Source: a virus. From it: DNA of 64,000 nucleotides. Below are positions 1 through 9,786 of the stretch, piece after piece; within the stretch, counting starts at the first letter, position 1, and each line of letters starts with the position of its first letter. Under the pieces are notes generated by a model, which made no database searches, was not told the origin of the DNA, and was given only the letters and a program-made list of their open reading frames with translations. The position numbers and the translations under genes were made by a program. The stretch lies in the IMG/VR virus record IMGVR_UViG_3300020420_000012, positions 1 to 64,000 of that record; one strand, 5' to 3'.

Positions 1-7
1 AATCCCA

Positions 8-685
8 TTACAATCCAAACCTTCCTTTGACTGCGTCAAAGTTTTGTTTAACTTCTGCTGCAGTTAATGCTTTATTATATACCATGCAGTAAGCAATTTT
101 TGCATTACCAAAACGTGTTCCAGCAAGACCGATATCATATCCAATACCTAAACTGCTTGTACTGGATGAAACAGTGTTTGATCTTGCCTTGCTACTACCT
201 TGTATTCCATTAAGATACAATCTTATAGTAGTTCCATCATAAGTTCCAGTCCAATTATGCCACTGTGTAATATCAAATGTCGAGTCATTTATAGTTGTAG
301 AATCAAATCCTCCTGCATGTATGTACCATCGAAATTGTTTACTTCCAATTTGTGGATGAAGTATGAATTGATTTCTTTTAGACATCAACCAACCAGTTTC
401 ATTCCAATTTGTTGTGTTACTTTTTACCCAACAACTTGCAGTTATACCTGGACTTAGGCTAACATGATTAGCTATTTCAAAATAATCACCGTCTCCGTCA
501 AAATCAAAATGTGAAATGCCGTCTGTAGTTGCAAAAGTAGGATTACCATTTGCTGTTGCATCTTGGTTTTTTGGAGATAAATCTGTCCAAGTAGTGCCAC
601 TACCAGAATAAGATTTTAAATTTCCAGCATCAAGCAATGTTACTAATCCATCTGTAATTATACTTGGATTATATGCTACACCCAT
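8..685 (-). CDS. LamG/concanavalin A-like lectin domain virion protein
   Basis: Motifs 'LDAGN..SY.GSGT.W.DLS', 'FDFDG.GDY', 'WH..GTYDG..RLYLNG', 'YNKALT..EV.QNF' typical of phage LamG proteins; directly follows the tail fibre gene. Confidence 0.8.
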   Translation of the reverse strand: MGVAYNPSIITDGLVTLLDAGNLKSYSGSGTTWTDLSPKNQDATANGNPTFATTDGISHFDFDGDGDYFEIANHVSLSPGITASCWVKSNTTNWNETGWLMSKRNQFILHPQIGSKQFRWYIHAGGFDSTTINDSTFDITQWHNWTGTYDGTTIRLYLNGIQGSSKARSNTVSSSTSSLGIGYDIGLAGTRFGNAKIAYCMVYNKALTAAEVKQNFDAVKGRFGL

Positions 686-686
686 G

Positions 687-3600
687 TTAATACTCTACAG
701 TTATTTTGTCGATATCTTTACGCTCACCATAAATTGTATAAAAGCAATTGATTTCTTTTTTAATAACGTTATCATTTCCAATAGTTACTACGTTATCAGC
801 TATGTCTTTTACATATAATTTTTGATGCTTACCGATAGGTGTTAATTCTACAGTTATTGTTTCTTCATCAACAAGTCCTGTCCAGTAATCAGGTAAATTT
901 ATCTTAGAACAATTTGCGCGTCCTCTTATATAAACTCCGTTTTCAGGACCCTCGAGAGATCCATATCTTAATCTCTTACCTTTTTTAGTCGGATGTTTGA
1001 TATCAAATGACTTACTAGTCGCTATTAACGGACCGCCAATAGTGAGTGTGTTTGTTGATTTGGCGAATGTAAATTCAGCATCGGCACCAAAAGCACCGCC
1101 ATCATTAAATTGAACCATGGTGTCGCCACCGGCTACTGCTCCACTGCCTGAACCTCCACCTGATATTGTAATAGTTTTAGTAGATCCTGATCCAGAAGCG
1201 ACAACGCCAGCTCCAACAAAATTTAATGTCGTTGCAAGAGTCGATAAGCTACCACCAGAATCTTGTATCGTAATACCGCTACTTATACCTAAGTTAGCCG
1301 GTGTAATTTTTTTCATCGTGCCGCCATCGTCGACTAAGACGAAGTCAGCGTCAGAAGCAGATGTTGTGGTAGTTGGTGCGTTAGAATTAGATGTTGATAT
1401 AAGCGTGCCAGTTGCTGAAGGAAGCGTTAGTACTACGTTACCACCAAATGTTGCATGTGCTGGTGCTTGTATAGCCGCATAGTGTGCGTTAGAATCTTCA
1501 CAATATAATCTTACTTGAGATTGAGTACCAGTATTCTTAACATTAAGTATGCCAGCTTCAATTGTAGCAGAATCAGTTATTAAATGTCCAACAACTTCTG
1601 CACCTGAATCTGATACTGTAAATCTTCTTATGCCACCGTGTGTAATTTGTAGATTACCTGCTCCATTTGCAAAAACGTTAGGTGATTCGAATATTGCAGT
1701 ATTACCACCATTCCAACTAAGACCTTCACCATTACCGGGGTCATTAAATGTAAGTGCATTAACACCATCTATATTATTATTATTAAGTCTTAAAACAGTT
1801 GCTACTGAAGTACTAGTAAATCGTAGAGAACTAGTAGTACCACTTATTGTTAAATTAGTTAAAGTAGCAGAATCAGCGTTAACAGTTCCAGTAACTGTAG
1901 CGCCATAAGCAGAAGTTTTAAACTTTTCAGTTCCATAATGATAAGCAATTGCTTCACCAGTAGAGCCATCGGCTCTAAAGTATTGTGAAATATTACCAGC
2001 GCCGTCGTCAGTTTGTAAAACAATATCTGCGTCATTAGTGTTGTTTCTTATAATAATATCACCAGTTTGATTATAAAGTTCAAAACGAGATCCGGTATGT
2101 TTTATTGTTGTATCATTATCAGTTCCAAATTCTATATTAGCATTGTCAACAAATTTAATACTGTATAAATTTGACGCAACTTTAAGTCTTTTAGCTGAGC
2201 GGTCATAGAATATAGCACCAGCAGAATCAAAATTTACATCTCCGCCAAAGGTAATATCATGATTAAAGTTTGAATCAATCATTGCCTGTGTGGCAGCAGA
2301 ATCAGTTGATGGTAACTGACGTGCTTGTACATACGCGGAATCTACAAATGTTTGAACCCTTGCGTTTGTATAGTATAAGTTGCTTGAACCTTCACTTAAA
2401 TTATCTGTAGTTTTCGTAGCTAATCGATTATCAAATCTTGTATCTGTGTAATATAGGTTTGCACCTTCACTTAAATTAGTAGTTGTAAATCCTGTAAAGT
2501 TACGAGTACCAATTTGAAGTGCATGGCCCATGTAACCATGAGCTGAACATTGATAATGTAATACAGAAGGGGTGGATTCTGTTATTAATATTCTTGCAAA
2601 TGTTGATCCAGTTGTAACGTTGGTTGTATACTGTGTAGTCTTTGCAGCATCATAATAAAATCTAAATGGGTGGCTTGACATATCACTTGAACTGAGATTA
2701 AATTGATATGTTCTTCCAATTTTTAAATTAAGTATTGGTGATTCTGTTCCATCGATATAGTAAGCATTACCACTACCACCGCTGTAAACATGATTTGCAG
2801 TTTTTGAATTAACCGTTACTGTAAAATCTGCAGAATCAATGTGTTGATTTCTCTCAACTGCGGTATTAGCTGAATCTTTTGCTAAGACATAATCACTATC
2901 AAAGTTTTCTTTAGTGTATACATCTTCAACGTCAATACTAAATTGACCTGTTCCAGAGTTATATGATAAATCTCCACTTGCCGAAAACATTCCACGAACG
3001 TTAGCAGAATCAATATTAATAGTTCTTGATGATGCAATGTTACCGCCACCGGTTAATCCATTACCTGCAATTATTGAAACTCCTGTATGAGCAACGTGTT
3101 CATCTGCTACAAAGTCACCGAAGTCATCATGCTTATAAAGAGAATATAATTCTGATGAATCAATCTTAATATCACCAGAAGATAGTCCTATACCAGAACC
3201 GCCTGTAAAGTGAGCTCTTACTTCAGATGCACTAGGTCCTGTATATGTAAATACTCCATTACTTGAATTGTAACTAAAAGATCCGTCACCGCCAGCGTCT
3301 GTCGCTGATACATAACCTCTTATTAGTGGCCTGTAAAAATTTGTAAGTTCAGATGAATCAATCTTAATATCACCTGAAGAGATTCCAATACCAGTTCCGC
3401 CAGTAAAATGTGCACGTACTTCTGATGCACTTGGCCCAGTGTATGTCATTACGCCTGTGCCAGAGTCATAAGTGAATGAACCATCTCCACCCGCGTCAAT
3501 TGCAAGTAAAGAGGCTTTCGCGTCAGAGTCTACACGGGCAGTGGTGTAATATAAGTTAGTGCCTTCAGCTAGATTACTTGTTGTTTTAGTTGTAAGTGCT

Positions 3601-5792
3601 GAATCAAAGTCAGAATCAAATCCTAGGTACTGACCTTCGAAAGGTTTATTAAATACAAACTTATCACCAGATGCTGAATAATTAAGTGTGGCTGACGCAC
3701 CATTTATTGTTATACCTGCACCATCGGCAGCTGCAGCATCTGCAGCAGAATCTGCAAGTACTATGTTCTTATCATTTATACTTACTGTAGTAGAATTAAT
3801 TATCGTTTGTGTACCTTCAACTTGTAAGTTACCAAGTATCTTAACTGTACCAGTGTTATCGCCTACAGTTGCGGGATCAATTATAAATTCTGCAGGACCT
3901 CTTACCTGATTAAATGTAACGTTATCAGTGGTTGCAACTGGTTGTCCTATAGCAATTACACCAGTTGATGAATCATAAGTTACACCCGTTCCGGCGAGTA
4001 ATGACGCCTTTGCTGCGCTATCAGCTCTTGCATCCGTATAATATAAATTTGTTGTGCCTTCTGGAACGTCATCGGTGTTAACTTGATTTGTGCCTGTACC
4101 AAAGTCGATATGAGTATCATCAATACCATCTGCCTTTATACTTACGGCACCTGAAGTTACACTAAAGTGTTCAGTGTCAAATGATGCTATACCTTTGTTA
4201 GATGTGGTAGCATCTTCACCAGATATTTCACCTGATGATATATCAATACCTTCGCCTGCAGAAAAGTGTGCTCTTACTTCAGAAGCTGATGGGCCGGTAT
4301 AAGTTAACTTACCAAGTGCAGAATCATAAGCAAAAGATCCATCGCCACCGGCATCAACCGCGTTTATGAATCCTCTAATATGTTGTCTGAAAAAGTCTGT
4401 AAGTTCTGATGAGTCAATTTTGATATCACCAGAGTTAATTGCAATACCTGAACCACCACTAAAATGTGCCCTTACTTCACTCGCACTTGGACCAGTATAT
4501 GTAAACGTACCAGTAGTAGCATTATATGCAAATGATCCGTCACCACCAGCATCAGTTCCAGATATGTAACCTCTTATTGTTTGTCTATATAAATTTGTTA
4601 GTTCAGATGAATCAAGGCGTATATCGCCAGTTCCACTATTATAACCGATACCGTCGCCACCACTAAAGTGAGCGCGCACTTCGGCTGCGCTTGGTCCAGT
4701 ATAAGTATATGCACCAGTTGATGAGTCGTATGAGAAAGAACCGTCACCACCTGCATCAACAGCCGCCATGTGTGCTCTTACTTCGGTCGCGCTTGGTCCT
4801 CTGTATATAAATTTACCAGTAGCTGATTCATATGAAAAGGCTCCATCTCCACCTGAGTCGATTGCAAGAAAATGTGATCTTACTTCAGTTGAGCTAGGGC
4901 CTGTATATGTAAAAACTCCTGTTGAACTGTTGTATGCAAAACTACCATCACCACCAGCATCAGTTGCTGAAAGATGAGCTCGTACTTCTGCAGGGCTTGG
5001 ACCTGTATAGGTTATTACTCCAGTAGTAGCATTATAACTAAAAGAACCATCACCTCCGGCGTCTGTTCCTGATATATAACCTCTTATGTCTTGTCTGAAA
5101 AATGATGATAATTCTGATGAGTCAATATTAAGAGTGTTTGTTGTATTATTATAGTTTAAACCTACACCTTCGAGTACTGCGCTGTCAAGTGTTAAATTAA
5201 AATCACTATCAAAATTTTCTTTAGTATATACGTCTTCTACATCAAATTGAAATATGCCTGCACCGGTATCATACGACAAATCACCAGCACCAGTAAACAT
5301 TTGTCTTATTTGTGATATAGATCCCTGTAAGTCGATATTTACTGGTGTACCAGTACTATCTTTAGCTCCAAACGTGCCACCTGAATCTTTTAAATTGATT
5401 CCTCCTAAGTGTATCGTTCCACCACTTAAATATAAATCTTTAAACTTCTTAGCACTATCACCTAAGTCAAACGTACTATCAAGAGTTGGTACTATATTTC
5501 CTTGAGTTGAAATACCAGTAACGACTGGAGTTGAACTTGAATCGATTTGAATTAAGAGCTTATCACCGCCTGGAGTATAAAATTTTTCTAAACCATTATC
5601 TGTTAATAAATCGAAATTTTTAAATGCATTTTCTGATGAATCATATACTAATATTTGACCATCAGATTTACTTGCAACGTTAAAATCAGTAAATGCATCT
5701 AGTGATAAGTTTTCGATTGCAGTTGAGACTGGTGTGCCTACTACAATCTTTTTTATAAAAGTTGTTTGACCTACTGTGAGTTTAATTGCCAT
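687..5792 (-). CDS. Long tail fibre / adhesin protein (1701 aa)
   Basis: G/S/T/D-rich with internal repeats and 'LxEGxNLYYT' fibre motifs; C-terminal 'KSFDIKHP..LRYGSLEGPENGVYIRG..LPDYW' domain common at the ends of phage fibres. Confidence 0.85.
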   Translation of the reverse strand: MAIKLTVGQTTFIKKIVVGTPVSTAIENLSLDAFTDFNVASKSDGQILVYDSSENAFKNFDLLTDNGLEKFYTPGGDKLLIQIDSSSTPVVTGISTQGNIVPTLDSTFDLGDSAKKFKDLYLSGGTIHLGGINLKDSGGTFGAKDSTGTPVNIDLQGSISQIRQMFTGAGDLSYDTGAGIFQFDVEDVYTKENFDSDFNLTLDSAVLEGVGLNYNNTTNTLNIDSSELSSFFRQDIRGYISGTDAGGDGSFSYNATTGVITYTGPSPAEVRAHLSATDAGGDGSFAYNSSTGVFTYTGPSSTEVRSHFLAIDSGGDGAFSYESATGKFIYRGPSATEVRAHMAAVDAGGDGSFSYDSSTGAYTYTGPSAAEVRAHFSGGDGIGYNSGTGDIRLDSSELTNLYRQTIRGYISGTDAGGDGSFAYNATTGTFTYTGPSASEVRAHFSGGSGIAINSGDIKIDSSELTDFFRQHIRGFINAVDAGGDGSFAYDSALGKLTYTGPSASEVRAHFSAGEGIDISSGEISGEDATTSNKGIASFDTEHFSVTSGAVSIKADGIDDTHIDFGTGTNQVNTDDVPEGTTNLYYTDARADSAAKASLLAGTGVTYDSSTGVIAIGQPVATTDNVTFNQVRGPAEFIIDPATVGDNTGTVKILGNLQVEGTQTIINSTTVSINDKNIVLADSAADAAAADGAGITINGASATLNYSASGDKFVFNKPFEGQYLGFDSDFDSALTTKTTSNLAEGTNLYYTTARVDSDAKASLLAIDAGGDGSFTYDSGTGVMTYTGPSASEVRAHFTGGTGIGISSGDIKIDSSELTNFYRPLIRGYVSATDAGGDGSFSYNSSNGVFTYTGPSASEVRAHFTGGSGIGLSSGDIKIDSSELYSLYKHDDFGDFVADEHVAHTGVSIIAGNGLTGGGNIASSRTINIDSANVRGMFSASGDLSYNSGTGQFSIDVEDVYTKENFDSDYVLAKDSANTAVERNQHIDSADFTVTVNSKTANHVYSGGSGNAYYIDGTESPILNLKIGRTYQFNLSSSDMSSHPFRFYYDAAKTTQYTTNVTTGSTFARILITESTPSVLHYQCSAHGYMGHALQIGTRNFTGFTTTNLSEGANLYYTDTRFDNRLATKTTDNLSEGSSNLYYTNARVQTFVDSAYVQARQLPSTDSAATQAMIDSNFNHDITFGGDVNFDSAGAIFYDRSAKRLKVASNLYSIKFVDNANIEFGTDNDTTIKHTGSRFELYNQTGDIIIRNNTNDADIVLQTDDGAGNISQYFRADGSTGEAIAYHYGTEKFKTSAYGATVTGTVNADSATLTNLTISGTTSSLRFTSTSVATVLRLNNNNIDGVNALTFNDPGNGEGLSWNGGNTAIFESPNVFANGAGNLQITHGGIRRFTVSDSGAEVVGHLITDSATIEAGILNVKNTGTQSQVRLYCEDSNAHYAAIQAPAHATFGGNVVLTLPSATGTLISTSNSNAPTTTTSASDADFVLVDDGGTMKKITPANLGISSGITIQDSGGSLSTLATTLNFVGAGVVASGSGSTKTITISGGGSGSGAVAGGDTMVQFNDGGAFGADAEFTFAKSTNTLTIGGPLIATSKSFDIKHPTKKGKRLRYGSLEGPENGVYIRGRANCSKINLPDYWTGLVDEETITVELTPIGKHQKLYVKDIADNVVTIGNDNVIKKEINCFYTIYGERKDIDKITVEY
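3207..5065 (-). repeat. Eight copies of a ~30-aa repeat D(A/S)GGDG(S/A)F.Y...G..(T/I)Y.GPS..EVR(A/S)H in the tail fibre
   Basis: Counted by eye in the translation; several copies are separated by an (I/L)DSSEL linker. Confidence 0.9.
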
Positions 5793-5799
5793 CTATACC

Positions 5800-6147
5800 T
5801 CAAGTAACCTGAGGAGTAACTTGTATGCGTCCTTCAAGTATTCTTTCAATAATAGTGTTACCTGAACTATCTGTAAACGATATTTCAACATCATAAACAT
5901 GTCTGCCGGATCTTAATGCAGCTGTTTGAGAATTTGTAAGAGTAAGCGTAGTTATTCCGCCTGTAACATCAGTGACATTTGTTGTAAAAGCGGTTGCTTC
6001 ACCAGCACTATCCGCATAATTTTTTTTAACTTTTGCTGCCACAGAGTAGCCGGTTAAGTTCTTTGCTGCACCGTTTTTATCGACTAAATGTAGTTCTATT
6101 GAGGTATCAGCACCTTGGTCAAAGGTGAATTCTTGAAATTGGGCCAT
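5800..6147 (-). CDS. Small virion structural protein (BppU N-terminal-like fibre/baseplate adaptor)
   Basis: 'DQGAD...LTGY..A.VKK.Y...G..TLTLT..QT..L..GR.VYDVE...RILEG..V.P.VT' pattern; late promoter and SD (GGAG) upstream. Confidence 0.65.
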   Translation of the reverse strand: MAQFQEFTFDQGADTSIELHLVDKNGAAKNLTGYSVAAKVKKNYADSAGEATAFTTNVTDVTGGITTLTLTNSQTAALRSGRHVYDVEISFTDSSGNTIIERILEGRIQVTPQVT

Positions 6148-6200
6148 GAAATACTCCAGTTGATTTCTTTGTCGGACGTTACCGCCCCTGCCATTTAATC

Positions 6201-6208
6201 TATTTATA
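6201..6208 (-). promoter_or_regulatory. T4-type late promoter TATAAATA (fibre operon)
   Basis: tatttata at 6201-6208 on +, i.e. exact TATAAATA on -. Confidence 0.75.
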
Positions 6209-6220
6209 CAAAAACACGTT

Positions 6221-6228
6221 TATAAATA
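6221..6228 (+). promoter_or_regulatory. T4-type late promoter TATAAATA (radical SAM cassette)
   Basis: Exact TATAAATA 5 nt before the ATG at 6234; divergent from the promoter at 6201. Confidence 0.7.
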
Positions 6229-6233
6229 CAATC

Positions 6234-7214
6234 ATGAAAAACTTTAATTACGTAGGATGGGATAGCCCACACCGAAAACTTGCTAATGTATTTTGGAAAA
6301 TCAACAGATACTGCAATTATTCATGTTCTTATTGCTGGCCTCACGCACATTCGAATAAAAAAGATTTTCTTGATGAAAATACATACTTATTAGCTATTGA
6401 TCATATGATAAATCAGTTTAAAAAAAATGGATTTGATGCTATAGGATGGGGGTGGGCTGGTGGAGAAGTAACTTTTAATCCACATTTTTTAACAATATTA
6501 GATGAGATTCAATCATATAAAATGAAGATGACTACTAACTTAGTTACTAATCTTTCTCAATCTTTAAAATGGTGGAAAATTTTTGTTGAAAATACTAAGA
6601 AATTTAAGAAAGTAAGAGTAAATGCCTCTTGGCATAAAGAATATCTAAAAGAAGAAAATAAAAAATTGCTATTTAAAGAAAAACTTGTTTTTTTAAAAGA
6701 CAATAATATTTCTACTGTTGTAAATTGCGTAATGTTACCTGGTGAATTAGAAGAAATGAAAAAACTTACAGATTTTTTTGATAAAGTTCAAATACCGGTT
6801 ATGATAAAAGCTTGTCGCGATGGTGGTAAAGTAATTAAAGGATATACAAAAGAAGAATTTGATTATGTACAAAAACAAATAAAACATAAAAATCCTAAAG
6901 TTATGCTTACAATAGATGATGATAATAACGAATATTATTATAGTTCAGCAGAACAGCTTATAGCTGGATCAAACTTAAATTTTTTAGGTTGGCAATGCAC
7001 AGCAGGTTATCAGTCTATTACAATAAGTGAAAATGGAACTGTTACAAGAGGTAGCGTTTGTAAGCCACAGATTCTAGGAAATATTAAAACTGGATTTAAA
7101 ATTTTTGATAAAGTAGAAAAATGCATTACAAATTGGAATTGTCATTGTGGTTCTGACTTAAAAATGCCAAAATGGAGATCAGATGAATATAATATGTCTG
7201 AAGTGGGGCGATAA
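6234..7214 (+). CDS. Radical SAM protein with C-terminal SPASM/twitch-like Cys cluster
   Basis: CNYSCSYC (CxxxCxxC) and GGE motif; C-terminal 'CTAG..I..G.V....C....GNI...C....CHCGSD'. Confidence 0.85.
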   Translation: MKNFNYVGWDSPHRKLANVFWKINRYCNYSCSYCWPHAHSNKKDFLDENTYLLAIDHMINQFKKNGFDAIGWGWAGGEVTFNPHFLTILDEIQSYKMKMTTNLVTNLSQSLKWWKIFVENTKKFKKVRVNASWHKEYLKEENKKLLFKEKLVFLKDNNISTVVNCVMLPGELEEMKKLTDFFDKVQIPVMIKACRDGGKVIKGYTKEEFDYVQKQIKHKNPKVMLTIDDDNNEYYYSSAEQLIAGSNLNFLGWQCTAGYQSITISENGTVTRGSVCKPQILGNIKTGFKIFDKVEKCITNWNCHCGSDLKMPKWRSDEYNMSEVGR

Positions 7215-7899
7215 GTATAGTCATATTGAAGTAAATCGCTTGTATAAAATGTGTCTTAAATATTTTAAAGATGATTTTACTTTTACTTGCTATACTGAAA
7301 ACTCAAATCAAATTAATAAAGAAGTAAAAATATTACCATTAAAACTTGATTATGATCTAGAAAAATGGTGGTGGAAATTAACTTTATTTGAAAATAAAGT
7401 TAGTGATTTAACTATGTTTTTAGATCTTGATGTTGTAATACAAAATGATATTACTCATTATAAAAAATATTATCAAAAAAACAAAATTTATACAATAAAA
7501 GCTTGGTGGAAACCACATGCAAGAAATGCAAAACCTATGCCACCAGGATTTAATATGGACTTAAACTCATCAATAATAATATGGAAAGAAAACTTTAACG
7601 ATATTTGGAAACATTTTAATGATAATCCAGAATATTATATGAATAAGTATCAAGGAATAGATTCTTATCTATACTTTCATCACTTCGATAAACTTAAATT
7701 TTTTCCTAGAAAAGAAATCTATTCGAGACAACACGGGTTTGATGAATATAATATGTGGAGTCATGGAAAAAGAGTTCCTTTGTTTTTTGATGAGTCGTAT
7801 AATATTTGTATATTTAATAAATGGAAGATGGACAAAGATTATGGTGGACAAGGTTTGCCATTGGATGCTTATAAAGGAATGGAAAAGTTTTGGAAATAA
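7183..7899 (+). CDS. GT-A fold glycosyltransferase-like protein
   Basis: 'IICLKWGDKY', 'WWWKL.LF', DLD (DxD) motif, 'NSS...W', 'GID.YL'. Confidence 0.7.
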   Translation: MNIICLKWGDKYSHIEVNRLYKMCLKYFKDDFTFTCYTENSNQINKEVKILPLKLDYDLEKWWWKLTLFENKVSDLTMFLDLDVVIQNDITHYKKYYQKNKIYTIKAWWKPHARNAKPMPPGFNMDLNSSIIIWKENFNDIWKHFNDNPEYYMNKYQGIDSYLYFHHFDKLKFFPRKEIYSRQHGFDEYNMWSHGKRVPLFFDESYNICIFNKWKMDKDYGGQGLPLDAYKGMEKFWK

Positions 7900-8486
7900 A
7901 TTATAGTAAATGTTTAGATTGGTTTTATAGAAAGCATCCGGAAAAAATAAAAGATTATATTCAAAGTGTTTCTCCAAAACAAATCGAGTGTAAGCAATGG
8001 TTAGTAGATGAATTAAGTAATATTACAAATTTTAATAACATCTATTTAATTGGTGGTTGGTATGGGTTTCCTCTTATTAATTTTTTGGAAAAAAGTAACT
8101 TAATTAAAAAATTAGTTAATATAGACATGGACAAAACTGCAACAAGTGTTTGTGTAAACTTTAGTAAAATTTTTGATTATGATTTTGTTAAAACTGTTTC
8201 TAAGTCAATATACGAGCATACTGAAAATTTTATTGATGCTGATTTGATAATTAACACATCATCTGAACATATGTATGATATGCCAATTATTATGAGAAAT
8301 AGAAACTTTAATAAAAATTGTATTTTTGCTATTCAAAGTAACAATATGAGTCATATAAGTGATCACATAAACTGTAGTGCTTCATTAGAAGATTTTAAGT
8401 TTAAATCAAAATTTAATAAAATTATTTTTGAAGGTGTAAAAAAATTTAATAATTATGAACGATACATGATAATAGGATTATACTGA
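7890..8486 (+). CDS. SAM-dependent methyltransferase-like protein
   Basis: Gly-rich 'IGGWYG', acidic strand 'NIDMD', 'INTSSEH', 'QSNN', 'RYMIIG'. Confidence 0.55.
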   Translation: MEINYSKCLDWFYRKHPEKIKDYIQSVSPKQIECKQWLVDELSNITNFNNIYLIGGWYGFPLINFLEKSNLIKKLVNIDMDKTATSVCVNFSKIFDYDFVKTVSKSIYEHTENFIDADLIINTSSEHMYDMPIIMRNRNFNKNCIFAIQSNNMSHISDHINCSASLEDFKFKSKFNKIIFEGVKKFNNYERYMIIGLY

Positions 8487-9092
8487 TTTAATATCATCTA
8501 TCATCATTTGCCAAAAATTTTCATCAGGTATAACAAACCCTAGTGTCAATCTGTCTTCATAAGCTCGAGCACAGTGCCAAAATAATTTATTAGGTTCTTT
8601 ATTACTACCGTAATAACCAACTTTTGCCGTCCATCCGGCTGCATCAAACATTGTCACTGTTTTTAAGTCAGTTGGTTTTTTATATCTAAAAAAGCCATTT
8701 CCGTTTTTTGTATACGAAAATAAAATATTGTAACCGTTTGCATTGTGATTATTGTGCCAACCCATATATCCATTTTTTGGATAATACATTTTTACAGCAC
8801 AGTTTCTAGAACCTAATATAGAATTAAAATCTTGATCTATATTCCTTATTTTATCTCTAAAAGATATAGGAGTTGAATATGCACAAGCTAAATCAATTCC
8901 ATGTGTTTCTTCTGGAAACCCTACATGATTTTTTTTATTAATAGTATTATAATATTCTTCACTAGTATAATATTCGTCATTGTCTTTTTTGCCTTTAAGT
9001 TCAATTTTATTTTTATCAACTAAATTAAACCAATCTGAAAAATCATTTAAAAGATTTAATAATTCTTTATTGTTAATTTCAATACTTTGCAT
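8478..9092 (-). CDS. 2OG-Fe(II) oxygenase-like (DSBH) protein
   Basis: 'YP.NGYMGWHNN' ... 'WHCA' ... 'RLTLGF' resembles the Hx(D/N)...H...R pattern. Confidence 0.5.
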   Translation of the reverse strand: MQSIEINNKELLNLLNDFSDWFNLVDKNKIELKGKKDNDEYYTSEEYYNTINKKNHVGFPEETHGIDLACAYSTPISFRDKIRNIDQDFNSILGSRNCAVKMYYPKNGYMGWHNNHNANGYNILFSYTKNGNGFFRYKKPTDLKTVTMFDAAGWTAKVGYYGSNKEPNKLFWHCARAYEDRLTLGFVIPDENFWQMMIDDIKSV

Positions 9093-9786
9093 TTCTAATA
9101 CTTCTTGGTATAGGCTGATGTGTTATTACAACCGGCTGATTATTGAGTTCTTCTTTTTTATAGCAATAAACAAAGTTCCATCTTGCATCCGGATCTGGAA
9201 AGTAATCTCTTTTAATTTTATATTTAGTCTTGTTTTGCAGCCACCAATAGGTCCACATGTCCCACGGCCTTAAATATTCTGGATATAATTCATAGTTCCA
9301 ATTCCATAATCCAGAGTTTTGATCTACATAAAGAAGCCACCACTGTTTCATAAATTCAAGTGTGTGTTTTTTATTATTATATAAAAATAAACCGCAATGA
9401 TCTTCAAGCTTGCCTCCTTTAAATGTTGATTTAATTGAAGCTGCATATGTTCTTGCTCGAGTAATTGTAATATCATTTTCATGATTATGCTGATTAAATA
9501 TTAACTTTACGTCTTCATGACTAACAAAAGTATCGCAGTCTATGTAACAGGTTAATTTATATGGTGTTCTAGAAAGAGCCCAAAGTTTTGTTCTTTTATG
9601 ATTAGGTACATTTTTAGTTATTATATTATCAAAAATATTATAATCATTTTCTTCAGGCCAGCCATCTATCGTAAATAAAGTTATTTTACTTTCTGGCCAA
9701 TATTCTTTTAAACTTTGTGCTGAGTATCTTGCTGCTATTAAGAATGCTTTATTAATAGTTGCAACATAGATAAAACCATTATTCAT
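9079..9786 (-). CDS. GT-A fold glycosyltransferase-like protein
   Basis: 'GFIYVA...A..SA.SLK', 'KL.AL..TPY..T.YIDCDT' (DxD motif), 'WD..T.W', 'RWN'. Confidence 0.7.
   Translation of the reverse strand: MNNGFIYVATINKAFLIAARYSAQSLKEYWPESKITLFTIDGWPEENDYNIFDNIITKNVPNHKRTKLWALSRTPYKLTCYIDCDTFVSHEDVKLIFNQHNHENDITITRARTYAASIKSTFKGGKLEDHCGLFLYNNKKHTLEFMKQWWLLYVDQNSGLWNWNYELYPEYLRPWDMWTYWWLQNKTKYKIKRDYFPDPDARWNFVYCYKKEELNNQPVVITHQPIPRSIRNAKY

Noticed and set aside
3207-5065. Repeats as a CRISPR array or DGR template/variable pair
   Set aside because: They are in-frame coding repeats differing at synonymous sites; no spacer structure, no adenine-specific variation noticed, and no reverse transcriptase or cas gene in the window.
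200-5505. Plus-strand ORFs antisense to the lectin and fibre genes, and similar shadow ORFs across the window (e.g. 17888, 19167, 26361, 43500, 56234)
   Set aside because: They lie opposite well-supported genes, lack recognisable motifs and are expected from codon bias on the coding strand.
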